Source: Eukaryota sp. GEM-RC1
Lineage: Eukaryota
Length of the DNA: 64,000 nt
Reading direction: 5' to 3'
NCBI GenBank assembly: GCA_040285855.1
Contig: JAUFOQ010000002.1
Span: 1,116,001-1,180,000 of the forward strand
Part shown: positions 1 to 12,073 of the stretch, piece by piece
Layout of the letters: each line of letters begins with the position of its first letter
Position numbering within the stretch: the first letter of the stretch is position 1
Position numbers and translations under genes: made by a program
Notes under the pieces: model-generated
What the model was told of the DNA's origin: nothing
Databases searched by the model: none
The model's input: only the letters and a program-made list of their open reading frames with translations

Positions 1-3000
1 ATTTCCATCATCTATGGAATTATGATTATTCGTCGACGTATTCTGGTCACGTGACAAAGAAATGCTTCCATAAATCACGATTTGAATTAGTATGTAATTT
101 GTTGCAAATAAATAAAAGTCATCAAACATGAATGTATGTATCATATTCTTGCAAAATATAGACAAGCGATGAACGAGTTGTTTTGAAGAAAATACCTTGA
201 TTCTACAACAAAGCACATTACCACATTATATTATTATAGTATTGTATGTTGTGTTTTGTCGAATGAGACATTCTGTGCATTGGTGCCACATTAACAGGTG
301 CAGACAAATAATTACACTATAATATACATTGCAATAAAGTCTAGTATATACTTTTTTATCCCTGGTTAGTTTTGTCGAGTATTTGATAATGTATCGACAA
401 CAATAAACTGAAAGAAACTATTTCACCATTTAAATTTACAAAGCTGAACTCTTCACTAACTTATGGTCATAGTTGAGAACCAGACCACTTTTGAAAATAA
501 AATACAATGCTGAATCAAAAATGACTAACAAAATAATATGACTGTTTGAAAAACAACCTTTCATTTTGTGATGCTCATTGAACAGAAATATATTTGGAAC
601 ACAATTAAGGACCTTTAGTATAAGGTAAATGAAGAAATCATTTGGGATTATGTGATGTGACACCATGAGTTGGGAAATATAGAACCACAAAAAGTCCAAT
701 ACAACATAATATAAAATAATACAAACAAGTGTATTTACGTATGTGGTATTTATTTTCCTTGGATTAATTGTCCTGTCGTCATTGGCAAATATCGAACTTT
801 CTTCACATAACTCGTACAACGTTGTCTTAACTTAATAAGACACGATGCAAACAGTTGATCATACCGTTATGAATTAAAATGACTAAAGATTGTTCAGTCG
901 TACAAAGCTTTCTACTGGCACTCTTCGATCACGTTTGCACCCATGAGTCTTGAGAAACAGTTACCTTTACTGTACAACTCGCATGAAAATACTGTTCGAA
1001 GAATTCTTATCAACAATCCTTGTCAAAATTTGTAGCTCCAAGATGGGGATGTAATAGATGAAGACTAGATTCTACTACATTAGCAATTCTTCACTAATGG
1101 ATCATAAACCCTGTTTTTCTCCATTATACTAGTACATGTACTAGAGTAACAGCAGAGATATTGCCAAAAAATATATTAAATTCATTTAAATATACTTTTC
1201 CACGTCCCTGGTTCTGCATCAGAACTTCTGATTCTCTTGCTTGTTCTATTCCCGTCATGATCGATGTTTCAGGGAGAGTTTGAACGATAATTGATTTCGA
1301 TTTCTCTTTCACAAAGAGGCAAAATTCTGTACGTATATATCGAATTATTATATATATTATTTGATAGTGATCATCTTTCAGCTTCAATATAATTCAAAAC
1401 TTATTTATTTATTTTAAATTCTATAATGTCTCAGTTTTGCTTTGCTGTCCTTTTGCCGAATTTATTTGGGGGCTTGTTCTTTGTTGTTCTAATATAGTAG
1501 ATGTCTCCCTGCGGAGATTTCTTGCTCTTCGGACACCCCAGCTGTGGTTTAAATGGGATCAAGTTCTGATCGAATTCTAAGAGGATTGTCATGCTCACGT
1601 TGCAGCGAAGATAACTTAAATTTTAGTGTATTCACATCTTGCGATTGTTGTATGATTGGAATTAACAGATTCCTTCTTGATAAATGCTCAACGAAATCAT
1701 TGAGTTTCCGTAATTAAAAGTTAATTTATTGAGTTTCTTTTAGAATGGTCCTTTGATCACAAGAAAACTTCCTTTATTTGGTCAGAACATTAATGCAGTC
1801 GTACACAACACTTCCAGTTTTTTCACTCTTTGTTTTATTAATCCAAATCAACGTTAATGCACAATTTATATATTGTTCTCTTTGAATTAATAATTATCAG
1901 TCTCATTCAAAACGGAATGATATTTTACGACGTTTTCTATCTTGTTCGAGAAAACTACCTTGTTCCAGGCAGCTGTTGCTGTAACAAACGACCGGTTGAA
2001 CCACTTTAGTCAGAATAACATTACATGTAATGTATATAGTTGAAAACAAATAGTACAGATTGGATGTAATTCCGAAACGATTTTCTTCTATCAGAGGACA
2101 ACTTTCGTGTGGAGTATCTTGATCTATTTTTGCCAACACTGCTTTTACATTTATAGAACAATTGTTCTTAAACAACACCAAGACTACAGTGAACATACAT
2201 CTAACAATCAATCCCCCTCAATTTGAGGGAAATTGGTCTTGACATTGAAGATGATGAATAATGATGTAGTAGATATAGATTGAGAAATAAATACCATTTA
2301 GAACCTCCGTTTTTTCCCATCCCTTTGCTATATCTCTTTACGGAACGTTTGGCTTTTCCGGCCAAATATTTTTTCACATCTTTTGGCAAATTGTGTAAGC
2401 AGTATGAAAGAAAGTGATTGGAGAGGAAAGTTGTCTTTCTCTTTTTCAAAGCAGTGTTTAGGTATTGTGATTCGATTTTGAACAGTCTCTTTGCATTAAG
2501 ACAAGAACTGGAGATGATATAGGGGTATTGGTATCTCATTTGTTCAGATTGATGATGATCTGGATTTGTATGATGATATAAAAGGCGTCTATTCAACACG
2601 GTGTATACTATTATTTCATTTATTCTTTTACTTTATATTGCTTATTAATTATCGATATATATTTTCGCTTTCATAAATAGGCGAAGTAATCGATATCGAA
2701 AATACGCTCTCCTGCCCTCACAGTCTACATTGCATGTTTCCAATTTCTCAACTACCTTATCCTCGTAATGTCTGTTCGACATGGAAGTCTCCAATCCTTT
2801 AAAAACTGACACCATAATTAATTTTTAGAAAATCTGAGATCCACAGTCTTACTGTAGATGGTCTTTCGTTTCCAATTCTTACAAAGTTGGCAAGTAATGA
2901 TGTTGCAGATTCACCTAAAAAACCGTACAACTTTTCAATCACAAACTAGTGGCTCACAAAGTTCCTCACAAATGCAGTACAGTATATAAGATCATTAATC

Positions 3001-3254
3001 TACATCTATAGATGTATTTTCCAGAGGGCTTGTAACCCAGTACTTAAATGTACTATGGAAAGGGGTCATTCAATTAAAGAAATACGGTAATGAACGGCTG
3101 TTTACCAAATATCATTTGTTGTTAAGTGTTGGTTGATACAAATAGTCTATCATACAAGCATGGTACTCTGTAATGACAGTGACATCTTTCGCAAATAAAT
3201 GCCTTCCAGAATTAACAAAAGCAATTCGAACAGTCTGAATTTCGGGTTGATCTA

Positions 3255-3361
3255 CCCGTGTGACAAATGAAATTTGGAATTCTTATACGTGTGACAAAAT
3301 GGCCCACTTTTTCCTATAAGAAGTCAGGGGTAAGAAATACAAATTTCATTTGTCACACGGA
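3255..3361. mobile_element. 107-bp MITE with ~31-bp TIRs and TA target-site duplication (Tc1/mariner-type)
   Basis: Left end TA|CCCGTGTGACAAATGAAATTTGGAATTCTTA vs reverse complement of right end TA|TCCGTGTGACAAATGAAATTTGTATTTCTTA (3 mismatches). TA at 3253-3254 and 3362-3363. Confidence 0.8.
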
Positions 3362-3387
3362 TAGCTGTTCTTCTGAATTTCTATTAG

Positions 3388-4632
3388 ATGGCTTCCCCAG
3401 TATCCAATTTCTTCATCGTTCAACATGTTGGACCACTGTCCTGGGTTATACAATCAGAGGATGGGAATAAGTACAAATGTGCTATTGGTTCTTCCAATGT
3501 CTGTACATGTAGATCTGAAACGCTCTGTCAACACCTCCACTTCATCCTTACTCGATTCTTCCGTGTTCCTCCTAGCAGCTCTCTCTTGAGCCAGTCTGGT
3601 TTCACTGACATAGTTATCGATCAGCTAATGTCTTCTCGACACTCTCTTCTTCACCAAAATCTCCTCAACAAAACACTCCCTCCTAAGCCCACCACTACAT
3701 CTACACTTCCTCCTAGACCTCTAACTGACAACGACGACTGTTCTATTTGCATGTATCCATTAATTCCAACCACTTCCACTTCTTCTTCTGCCTTTTCATT
3801 GGTTTATTGTTCTACAGGATGTTCAAATTCATTCCATCCAGATTGTATATCTAGATGGGTTGCCCATTCTCTATCCACTAACTCTTCCCCTAAATGTCCT
3901 CTCTGCAGACACGAGTATCACTCCCAGTCTTACGTCTATTCTAAGAACGCTTCTTTATCAGAGTTCTCCTACGTTAAACAGAACACAACGTGTTCAAAGT
4001 GTCAGTTTTCAATTAAAGGACCCTTATTCAAATGTACAACTTGCAAACACGTAAACCTTTGCTTTTCTTGTATCTCCTCCGGTTATCACTCTCACCACTC
4101 CTTTAACTGTAAACCTCTTGCTTTTAAGTACTGGGTGGAGGCTCCAGCGTCTCGTTTAGTTAAGGATATGGTGCCCTCTGTTAATACCAATGAGGTGCTG
4201 ACTGAGTGCGGGCTAGTTTTGGACGAATATCCTTGTTGCAAGAAGTCTTTGGAAGTCAACAGTTACGTGTTGTCCTGTGGACATTTGTGTTGCAATGAAT
4301 GTTTCTCTGGAATTCCTCAGGATAAGGTCGATTGTCCTAGTTGTGGTCTAACTGTTGTTCATCGACCAGTAATGAAGAAGAAGAATAGAACGGTAAGGGA
4401 AAAAAATAGTGGTTTATCTGAGTTGAGAACAGATGATCAGTCAGTTACTGATGGGAATCACGTCATGAGCCCTGTTTCTATGATTGGGAAGAGCTCAAGG
4501 GTGAGTAGTATAGGTCCTGTGTTAAAATCAAAAGTTAATGTTCGTGGAAGAGGTTTTTCAAGAAATCAACAGAAGTCAAAAGTGATTGGAGAAGGTGGAC
4601 TCTTCATTGGGGGTCAGTCTATTATCAAGTAG
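3388..4632 (+). CDS. ZSWIM2/MEX-like E3 ubiquitin ligase (SWIM + RING + ZZ + degenerate second RING)
   Basis: SWIM CTC..LCQH; RING CSIC..CSTGCSNSFHPDC..W..CPLCR; ZZ CSKC..CTTC..LCFSC..HSHH; LSCGHLCCNEC..CPSC. Confidence 0.8.
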   Translation: MASPVSNFFIVQHVGPLSWVIQSEDGNKYKCAIGSSNVCTCRSETLCQHLHFILTRFFRVPPSSSLLSQSGFTDIVIDQLMSSRHSLLHQNLLNKTLPPKPTTTSTLPPRPLTDNDDCSICMYPLIPTTSTSSSAFSLVYCSTGCSNSFHPDCISRWVAHSLSTNSSPKCPLCRHEYHSQSYVYSKNASLSEFSYVKQNTTCSKCQFSIKGPLFKCTTCKHVNLCFSCISSGYHSHHSFNCKPLAFKYWVEAPASRLVKDMVPSVNTNEVLTECGLVLDEYPCCKKSLEVNSYVLSCGHLCCNECFSGIPQDKVDCPSCGLTVVHRPVMKKKNRTVREKNSGLSELRTDDQSVTDGNHVMSPVSMIGKSSRVSSIGPVLKSKVNVRGRGFSRNQQKSKVIGEGGLFIGGQSIIK

Positions 4633-5324
4633 TTTTTGGTGATTAATTGATGGGTGGTCCAGATTAGGATTCACATCACGTCATCGAAACCTATTTTGAG
4701 TGTCGGTATTTGATAGAAAAACTCAAATATCTGATGTCAACTTTTTGGTTCATTCACATTCAATCAAAACTGATTGTAGAAACTGTGATTTGATAACTGT
4801 CGTGATCCTACTAATTTAATCAGTTTAACTACTAGTACTTTGTAGTGGTTTTTGATGTCTATGTGAATGTTATTGAAAAACTTTCTCTTTTGGGGGAATC
4901 TACAGTGTGTTTTTTTGTTTTCTTTCAAATTTCAACTCGAATTATTCTCCAACGTTTTGTCATTAAGCATCGTCTAAAGATATTATCAGCTTTAGTTTAG
5001 TGTAAATACATGTAATTGGTTTTTGAACTTTCATTTTATGTCATTATCATCGTATTTTTAATAAAAATGTAAAGTTTGTAGGTTTTGATGTCGAATTGGT
5101 TCATATTTGTGCAAACAAATGTTGCTGTTTTTGGTAACAGAGAGATGACCCTTGGAAGTATTTCCAAATTATGTTCAAAGTTTTATGAGATATGAGTACA
5201 CATTATTGAATCTGTAAGTACATCTTTGTTTTGCTATACTACATGTACATGTAGTCTAGGTAGTGGTGTAATTCAATTAACTAACAATTATTAAGAAAAA
5301 AAGCGATTTTCAAATCTCATCACA

Positions 5325-6044
5325 ATGTCTTCGAGTTGGATACCTTTAGAAGCAAACCCTGATGTATTGAATCGTTTTATTTCCAAGCTAGGTGTCCCCA
5401 GCAAATACTCCTTTGTGGATGTATTCGGTCTAGACCCAGAGTTGCTTGCTTTTGTTCCTCAACCTGTCCGCGCAGTGATCTTCCTCTTCCCCATTACAGA
5501 TAAAACAGAGACATTCTCTCAGCAAGAAGAGGAATCACTCCAGGAACAGGACATTCCTCTCAATCCCCCTAATGTTTTCTACACAAAGCAAACCATTCCA
5601 AATGCTTGTGGTACCATCGCAACTATTCATAGCATTCTCAATAACGAAGACATTGTTCAGGAGCTTGAAGACGAGTCTTGGTTTCTAGAGTTCCTCAATG
5701 AATCAAAGGCTTTGACACCAGAGCAACGTGCTTGTCTTTTGGAGGGTTCTCCTAAAAACCCGTCCCCTGTAGCTTCTCGTCTTAAAACTGTTCACGAGGA
5801 AATGAGTGTACAAGGACAATCTTCAGTTCCAGACGCTGCAGATCCAGTATGGTTGCATTTTGTTGCGTTTGTTAACAAGGATGGTTATCTGTATGAATTA
5901 GATGGAAGAAAAAGCCGTCCAATTGTTCATCAAAGTACATCTGAAGACAGTTTTCTCAATGATTGTGCTGATGTGGCACGTAAATTTATTAGTAGAGTTG
6001 ATAGTATTGAGTTTAACATGATTGCTCTTTGTAAACAGGAGTGA
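5325..6044 (+). CDS. UCHL3: Ubiquitin C-terminal hydrolase, peptidase C12 (UCH-L3/YUH1-like)
   Basis: WIPLEANP; catalytic motifs QTIPNACGT, HFVAF and ELDG. Confidence 0.93.
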   Translation: MSSSWIPLEANPDVLNRFISKLGVPSKYSFVDVFGLDPELLAFVPQPVRAVIFLFPITDKTETFSQQEEESLQEQDIPLNPPNVFYTKQTIPNACGTIATIHSILNNEDIVQELEDESWFLEFLNESKALTPEQRACLLEGSPKNPSPVASRLKTVHEEMSVQGQSSVPDAADPVWLHFVAFVNKDGYLYELDGRKSRPIVHQSTSEDSFLNDCADVARKFISRVDSIEFNMIALCKQE

Positions 6045-6507
6045 TCAACTCAAAATACATGTACATAATCATACGAAAATAACATAGCTGCACATTACAT
6101 CAATACGAACCGTTCAGAAACGCGTTTCCGCAGTTATTTTCCCACGCTTTGTGTAACACTGTTTATTACATCAATGCAACCATAGTTGGGACATAATGAA
6201 GTCGTAGCAGAACAAAAAAATGGTTGTTGGATTCAGGACATACATGGAATTAGTCTCAGTGAGACTAAATACTCCCGTCGGTGCATTTATTCTAGATTAC
6301 ATAGAGAGAATTAGTACATACAGTACTGAATGTGTCGATGTAATGCTGCAAATAACCAGTGATTCTAGGGAGAATTACGTTATGGATGAAATCTACAGTT
6401 TTAACGATAATTACATTCCTCAAACTACAAATTTTCTATTTAGACAATAAGCTTCGAGGAATGAATTGAATTCATTTTCAAAAATTAAATTTCAATTTTC
6501 TCTCTTC

Positions 6508-8430
6508 ATGGCCCAACATCTCATCAATACAGCAAGACCTGCAGAGATATTGGATCGTTGTTTCCACTCCGATCACAAATTGGATGTTAGGTTTATCTCA
6601 ACTGCTCGTCCATTAAAGGATGACCTCCAGCAACCTTTCTGGTGTCGGAGTAGTACTAAACTACTGGTGCTGCCAGCTACTAAGAAAGGCACTTCAACAT
6701 GCCGTTTGACTGGTATTCAATGTGAAAATCCCTTTACTAAGTCAGTGTATTTCCCATGTGATCCCTGTACCGTAGAAAGTGTTACGGTCTGTGCTGTTGA
6801 TTCCGAAACCTCTGTTGTTGGACTCTTCCTGCCTGATCGTTGCATCCTGTATTTGGTCGATGCATCTGCCCCTAAGCCAAAACCCTCTACTTGTCACACG
6901 CTTTCCTTTGACTCTCCGTTGAAGAATCGCGCCGGTACCGCATTGGCTGCATCGAATGTCTGCAGAATCTATTCATCATTAGGAAATGCTGTTGCATTCA
7001 GTGACGTACATATTCCATTTACTGATGTAACCGAACCCTTTTCACCTCTGTCGTCCCCACTTCAACTTCCTTGTTCTAGGATCATAGACATCGTAGCCAC
7101 TCTTCAAGGAGTTGCTGTTCTAACTGATACTGGCATCTTCATCACTGATTTGAATCTCTCCTTAAAGTGTCATCTTGCTAGACCAGACATCAACTCCATC
7201 GCTTTTGTCACGGACACTGTACTAGCAATCACCACTCCTCAGCAAATGTTCTTCCTCAACGTCAATGATTATCTTACTCCTCTCTCCTTCTTGTCTCTTC
7301 CTCAAAGCTCTTCTCCTTGGACTATTCATTCATCTGCTAATTCCTTCTTCACGTTAAGCAGTGCCAATCGTGTTGTCATTGGTAAAATGGATGGTCGCTC
7401 TGAACCCAAAGCTCTTCATCTTGTTAACTCTCACACTGTCCATCCATCTAATCCTGTGTTGTTTGGAAATGATCTAGACTTTTGCTATGTCGCTTACAAC
7501 GAGGACCACAAGATGTATGTCATTTCCAACGTTCATTTCAACGCCGCCCACTTCGATTCCCACAATCCTTTACCACCACAACAGATCCCTCCAGTTGGTA
7601 GTATTCAGATAGCTCCAGCCCCAGTCCAATCAGATCCAGTTGATCCTATTCATGAAGAACCTGATCCTCAACCAACCCCCCGACCCACAGAAGTTGTCAA
7701 TCCTGGTCAATCATCTCCCAGTCAATTACCCTCAGAGACCAATAGAACTTCTCGAGAGTTACAACCACAACCTGTTGCTCCACTCAGTGAAGAACTATTG
7801 CAGAAACTCAATGATCATTTTGAAGGAACCTCTAACATGCTTGAATCTTTGATGAAGAAGATGGACGATCTAGGTAATAGAATGAGTCAACTTGAATCTA
7901 AAGTAGGTCATATTGAATCTACACAGTCTTCTAATGATGTAAGGTTATCTGAAATCTCTATTATACGTGAGGAAATCCGTTCTCTTGCTGAATCTGTCTC
8001 CAATTTGAGAGGAGGAGCTACTCCTGAAGATGTAGTACTTACTGAGTTCGTTCAACTTGTTGATACTGATGACTTTGTTACACTTGCTGAAAGACTCATC
8101 ACCATTTGTGAGGAATCTCCAACTTCTGTTCTGAAGTTCTTTGATTCTAAAGCATTCGATTACCTAAAAGCTTGTAAGAAGATTGTCAGGAAACCTGATG
8201 TTGCTTCCACTCTCTTACATAAGTTAACCACTATTCTTGTTGAGAAACGTCCAATAGTACAAGGATTACAATGTTTCTACAAGGAATTGTTGACTCAAAC
8301 TCTTATTAAACTTGATGACGATGATGCAGATGCTCTTGCAAATAAAGTTTCTGAAGATCTTGCTCAGTTCTTGAGTCAACCAGAATTTAAAGAAATCAAG
8401 AAGGAATTGGATGATCATAATGAAGATTAG
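6508..8430 (+). CDS. Uncharacterised protein: N-terminal beta-rich (propeller-like) region, Pro-rich linker, coiled coil, helical C-terminus (EDC4-like layout, unproven)
   Basis: 640-codon ORF from the first ATG. Architecture is inferred from composition only. Confidence 0.55.
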   Translation: MAQHLINTARPAEILDRCFHSDHKLDVRFISTARPLKDDLQQPFWCRSSTKLLVLPATKKGTSTCRLTGIQCENPFTKSVYFPCDPCTVESVTVCAVDSETSVVGLFLPDRCILYLVDASAPKPKPSTCHTLSFDSPLKNRAGTALAASNVCRIYSSLGNAVAFSDVHIPFTDVTEPFSPLSSPLQLPCSRIIDIVATLQGVAVLTDTGIFITDLNLSLKCHLARPDINSIAFVTDTVLAITTPQQMFFLNVNDYLTPLSFLSLPQSSSPWTIHSSANSFFTLSSANRVVIGKMDGRSEPKALHLVNSHTVHPSNPVLFGNDLDFCYVAYNEDHKMYVISNVHFNAAHFDSHNPLPPQQIPPVGSIQIAPAPVQSDPVDPIHEEPDPQPTPRPTEVVNPGQSSPSQLPSETNRTSRELQPQPVAPLSEELLQKLNDHFEGTSNMLESLMKKMDDLGNRMSQLESKVGHIESTQSSNDVRLSEISIIREEIRSLAESVSNLRGGATPEDVVLTEFVQLVDTDDFVTLAERLITICEESPTSVLKFFDSKAFDYLKACKKIVRKPDVASTLLHKLTTILVEKRPIVQGLQCFYKELLTQTLIKLDDDDADALANKVSEDLAQFLSQPEFKEIKKELDDHNED

Positions 8431-8491
8431 ATTCTGTATGTTGTTAATAATATGTAGTCAAATAAAATGAGAATATAACTCAAAAGAGTCT

Positions 8492-10067
8492 TTATACATC
8501 ATTTGAATAATCATTATCCAAAGTAAATTCTGCCACATCTTGTGACAATTCTTCTTCTTCTTCATATTTTTCCTCATAATCACTATCTCCTTCATCCAAA
8601 CTATCAATAACTGAAATTCTAACTTGCTCACCTAAAGTTCTCCCAACAAAACTACACGTCTGCACCTCGATATTATCAAATCCTGCTCCAAATCTCTCTT
8701 GATTCATCTTCTTCATCAACTTTCTCTCCCCTTGCTTCGGCTTGGAAACAAGGATCAAAAGAGCTAGACTCAATATCTTTTAACGAAGGTCCTATCGAAG
8801 AAACATTAGAGGGATTATTCTCAGACAGTAAGTGACTATAAATCTTAGTTCCAGAATATACAACAACCCTATAAGTTCGAACATCCTCCCCTGGCAGAAT
8901 AGCGATAAACATTCTTCTCCCATCTCCTTGCTTATCCTCTTCAGACCTAGCTCCAATAGAATGCCTGAGACGTAACGACGCCTCCACAGGTTGACTTACT
9001 GACTTTCTGGTGCTTGAGAACAAGTGAACAGTACCATGGGAGGTTAAAGCAGCACACCATCGATGATCATGGGAGAAAGACATGGAGACTGGCTTAGCTG
9101 GGGTAGCACCTCGTTCAAGGCAACTTTCCAAATGTGGAGTAGGCAAGAGGTTAATCAATGATAACAGTCGACAATGTTTATCAGCAATCAGCAATCGGAA
9201 TCCACGTGGGCAGAACGTGGCACATAGAACAGGACGAGCATGAGTGACTGCAGATCCAACGAGAGTGGGGAGTGCAGAAGATGACTGTACTGAAGCAACC
9301 ACGTCTATTACAGAGACTCCATAGACTCCATCTGGGTCTGAAGAGTCTGACGGGGGAGCAGGAGAGTGGCCTGTGAACTGGGCAGCACGACTACCAATGG
9401 TTTTAACGACGGAGGTGGTGGTAGAGACTAGGAAGTGAGAGATGGGAGCAGAAGAGGATAAGTTGTTGGAGGACTTCTGTTGGTCGTCAGAGAAAGCAGA
9501 GGAGATGGTTAGCCATCTACCTTTAAAGGATAGAGGAAGTCCAGGGAGGGACACTTGTTTTAGGGGTTGCAGAGTTGACGGACAAAATATGGTTATATGA
9601 TGGGAAAACGAAAAAACAATGGCGTGTCGGGAAGAAAAAAGCTGTATATCTGTGTAATTCTCTGGTTGTGGGGCAGAAAATATTGAGTTTGGTATCAGAA
9701 CAGGTGATGATCCACAAAGAGGGTGGACTTCCAACAAAACATTGGGTCCTTTCTGTGATGCTATAAGAATTGCAGGTCTTTGAAACGATACTGCAGACTG
9801 CTGTGGTGCTGAAGGAGTATCAATTGTTTGTGATGGGTCATCAAGAGGGGTAACAGCTAATGGTTGTTCTTCTAAATGTACATTATAGGCCAAAACAGGT
9901 TCTGGGGCAGAAAGGTCATATACAGAAACCCCATCAATGTATGTAAGTATTGCTAACGGAACTGGCCTACTATTCCAGTATACAATGTGTGAAGAAACAA
10001 AGAGCGGACTATCCAGGTCGGTCTTTGTGGACGCAAGAACGGACCGAAGTCGATGTAGATGGTTCAT
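8492..10067 (-). CDS. BCAS3/ATG18-like beta-propeller protein (one frameshift near 8700)
   Basis: HARPVLCATFCPRG, LERGATPAKP..MSFSHDHRW..LTSHGTVHLF. The acidic C-terminus with FDNIEVQTC lies in the overlapping frame (ORF 8492-8773). Confidence 0.75.
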
Positions 10068-10121
10068 TTGCTTTTTTGTTACAGAAATCTTTTCTCCTCA
10101 ACTCTCCATAACTTCCTGCAA

Positions 10122-10946
10122 ATGACCCGCTCTTGGTCACTTGCTGACTTCGATATTGGCCGTCTACTTGGAGAAGGGCAATTTGGTAAAGTATATCTTG
10201 CAAGAGAAAAAAAATCCAAGTTCATTGTTGCTCTCAAAGTGCTGCAGAAGGACAAAATTACTCATCCGTCTATCCAACGTCAAGTTCTCCAGGAAATCGA
10301 AATTCAAAGACGCTTGAAGCATGAAAACATAATACGTCTTTTTGGTTACTTTCATGATCGGAAACGAATCTATCTTATACTAGAATATGCCCATGGAGGT
10401 GAACTATATAAGGAACTTCAACTATGTGGTCGCTTCAAGCCTCCGCGTGCTGTTGCTTACTTCATTCAACTCGTCAAAGCTCTCCGTCACTGTCATCGAC
10501 GTAATGTTGTTCACCGTGATATTAAGCCAGAGAATATCCTCATTGGAATTAACGGAGAGCTCAAAATAGCAGATTTTGGTTGGTCATCCATTATGGGAAA
10601 TGAGCGCAGGAAAACAATGTGTGGAACGTTGGATTATCTTGCACCTGAAATGATTCAGGATAAGCCTCATGACCATCGAATTGATGTTTGGGCATTAGGA
10701 ATTCTTTTATATGAGTTCTTAGTTGGAACTCCACCCTGGAATAACTGTAAATCAAAGGAAGCCACGTTTGCTAAGATCCAAAGTGTTGATCTCCATTGGC
10801 CATCGTCTGTTCCTCCTGATTGTCGTTTACTCATATCAAAGATTCTGCAAGCTGATCCAGATAAGAGGCCGTCTCTTGATGAGATTTTGAGACATCCCTT
10901 TATTGTTCGTCTGAGCAAACATGCTAACCCTGTATCTATAAATTAA
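10122..10946 (+). CDS. AURK: Aurora-family Ser/Thr kinase
   Basis: WSLADFDIGRLLGEGQFGKVYLAREKKSKFIVALKVL, HRDIKPEN, ADFGWS, RRKTMCGTLDYLAPEM. Probable start is the ATG at 10122. Confidence 0.95.
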   Translation: MTRSWSLADFDIGRLLGEGQFGKVYLAREKKSKFIVALKVLQKDKITHPSIQRQVLQEIEIQRRLKHENIIRLFGYFHDRKRIYLILEYAHGGELYKELQLCGRFKPPRAVAYFIQLVKALRHCHRRNVVHRDIKPENILIGINGELKIADFGWSSIMGNERRKTMCGTLDYLAPEMIQDKPHDHRIDVWALGILLYEFLVGTPPWNNCKSKEATFAKIQSVDLHWPSSVPPDCRLLISKILQADPDKRPSLDEILRHPFIVRLSKHANPVSIN

Positions 10947-11373
10947 GTATCATTTACATTTGTACAATATAAGAACATTAGAATTTAGCCTCTTCTCATT
11001 GTACTGACAATCACAGTTTAGGGACTGGTAACTTGGTAATTGGAAATAGTTTTTATTGATTACCACCCATTTTCCAATAAACGTGTAAATTCAATATTTA
11101 TTTGGTGTAAAATGTACCTAGTTATTGAAGATTAGTTGTCGGAATTCTTCAAGGTCTACATTTTTGAAAATTGACTTGATAAAAGTAACGTGTCATAAGC
11201 ACCATCATCCTTTAAAGCAGTTTGCAATTAACAATTTTACATCGTTTCTTGTTTTGCGTTTTTTTTTGAGTTGCTATGATAGAACATGTTATGCTGGTAT
11301 AAAAGAGTCAATTACAGTGCTCAGAAGGCAAACTAACAAGTTTGAGGTCTGTTACTTAACCTTTTCAACACTT

Positions 11374-11409
11374 TAAAGTAAAGTAAAGTAAAATAAAGTA
11401 AAGTAAAGT
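11374..11409. repeat. (TAAAG)n microsatellite, ~7 units
   Basis: taaagtaaagtaaagtaaaataaagtaaagtaaag. Confidence 0.8.
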
Positions 11410-11619
11410 CACTTTAGCACTGTACATGTACTACTTTAGTGAAGCCTGTTCAGATATGATTTATACACGGTATTACCCAATTTCAATACACGGTCTGTTA
11501 GCAACATCTTGTGGCCAACAGCAGAAATTGTTACTTGTCGTGTTAAAAGATTCACTCTTAGCCTTATTCAGATCAAATCAGTTGGAAGCATTGTGATAAT
11601 CGAGCTGAAGACTTTTGAA

Positions 11620-11987
11620 CTATGTTCGAGTCACCTCAACACGTGTTGGCCCAACACGTGTTGGATATGTCATTCTTCTATGTCACTTCAAAGATTCTGA
11701 GTCAATTTCTACTGTTCTTGATAAAACTATATTGATTAAAGGTAGAAAATTCAAGTTTACTCCAAAGTTTACTTAAATGTATGGATTATTGTTGAGCTTT
11801 TCATGTTATCAGTTCTGGAATCGTTTAAAATCAGTTCTAGTTTATCAACTTGATTCGGGTGTAACATGAGTGAAAATGGATGTGTTTTTCTGTTGGTTGA
11901 TCTTAAAGTGAGTTATTCTGTTCTTCTGCTCAGAATTTATTCAACACGTGTTGAATATTTCCCAACACCGTGTTGAACCGAACATAG
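11620..11987. mobile_element. 368-bp MITE with 8-bp TSD (hAT/P-like)
   Basis: TIR CTATGTTCG...CGAACATAG. TSD CTTTTGAA at 11612-11619 and 11988-11995. Subterminal palindromes CAACACGTGTTG at both ends. Confidence 0.85.
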
Positions 11988-12073
11988 CTTTTGAAGTTTT
12001 CTGTCAGTTTTGTAACTCTCTTGTATTTTGTTCTTTATCCAATACTCTTCTTTCTTCTCATCTTGTACCATAG

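Noticed and set aside
1..3200. Several 87-132 aa minus-strand ORFs
   Set aside because: No recognisable motifs and many stops. This may be a decayed gene or element, but I cannot support a call.
6083..6355. Degenerate inverted repeat (TGCACATTACATC / GATGTAATGCTGCA)
   Set aside because: Short, mismatched and without a TSD.
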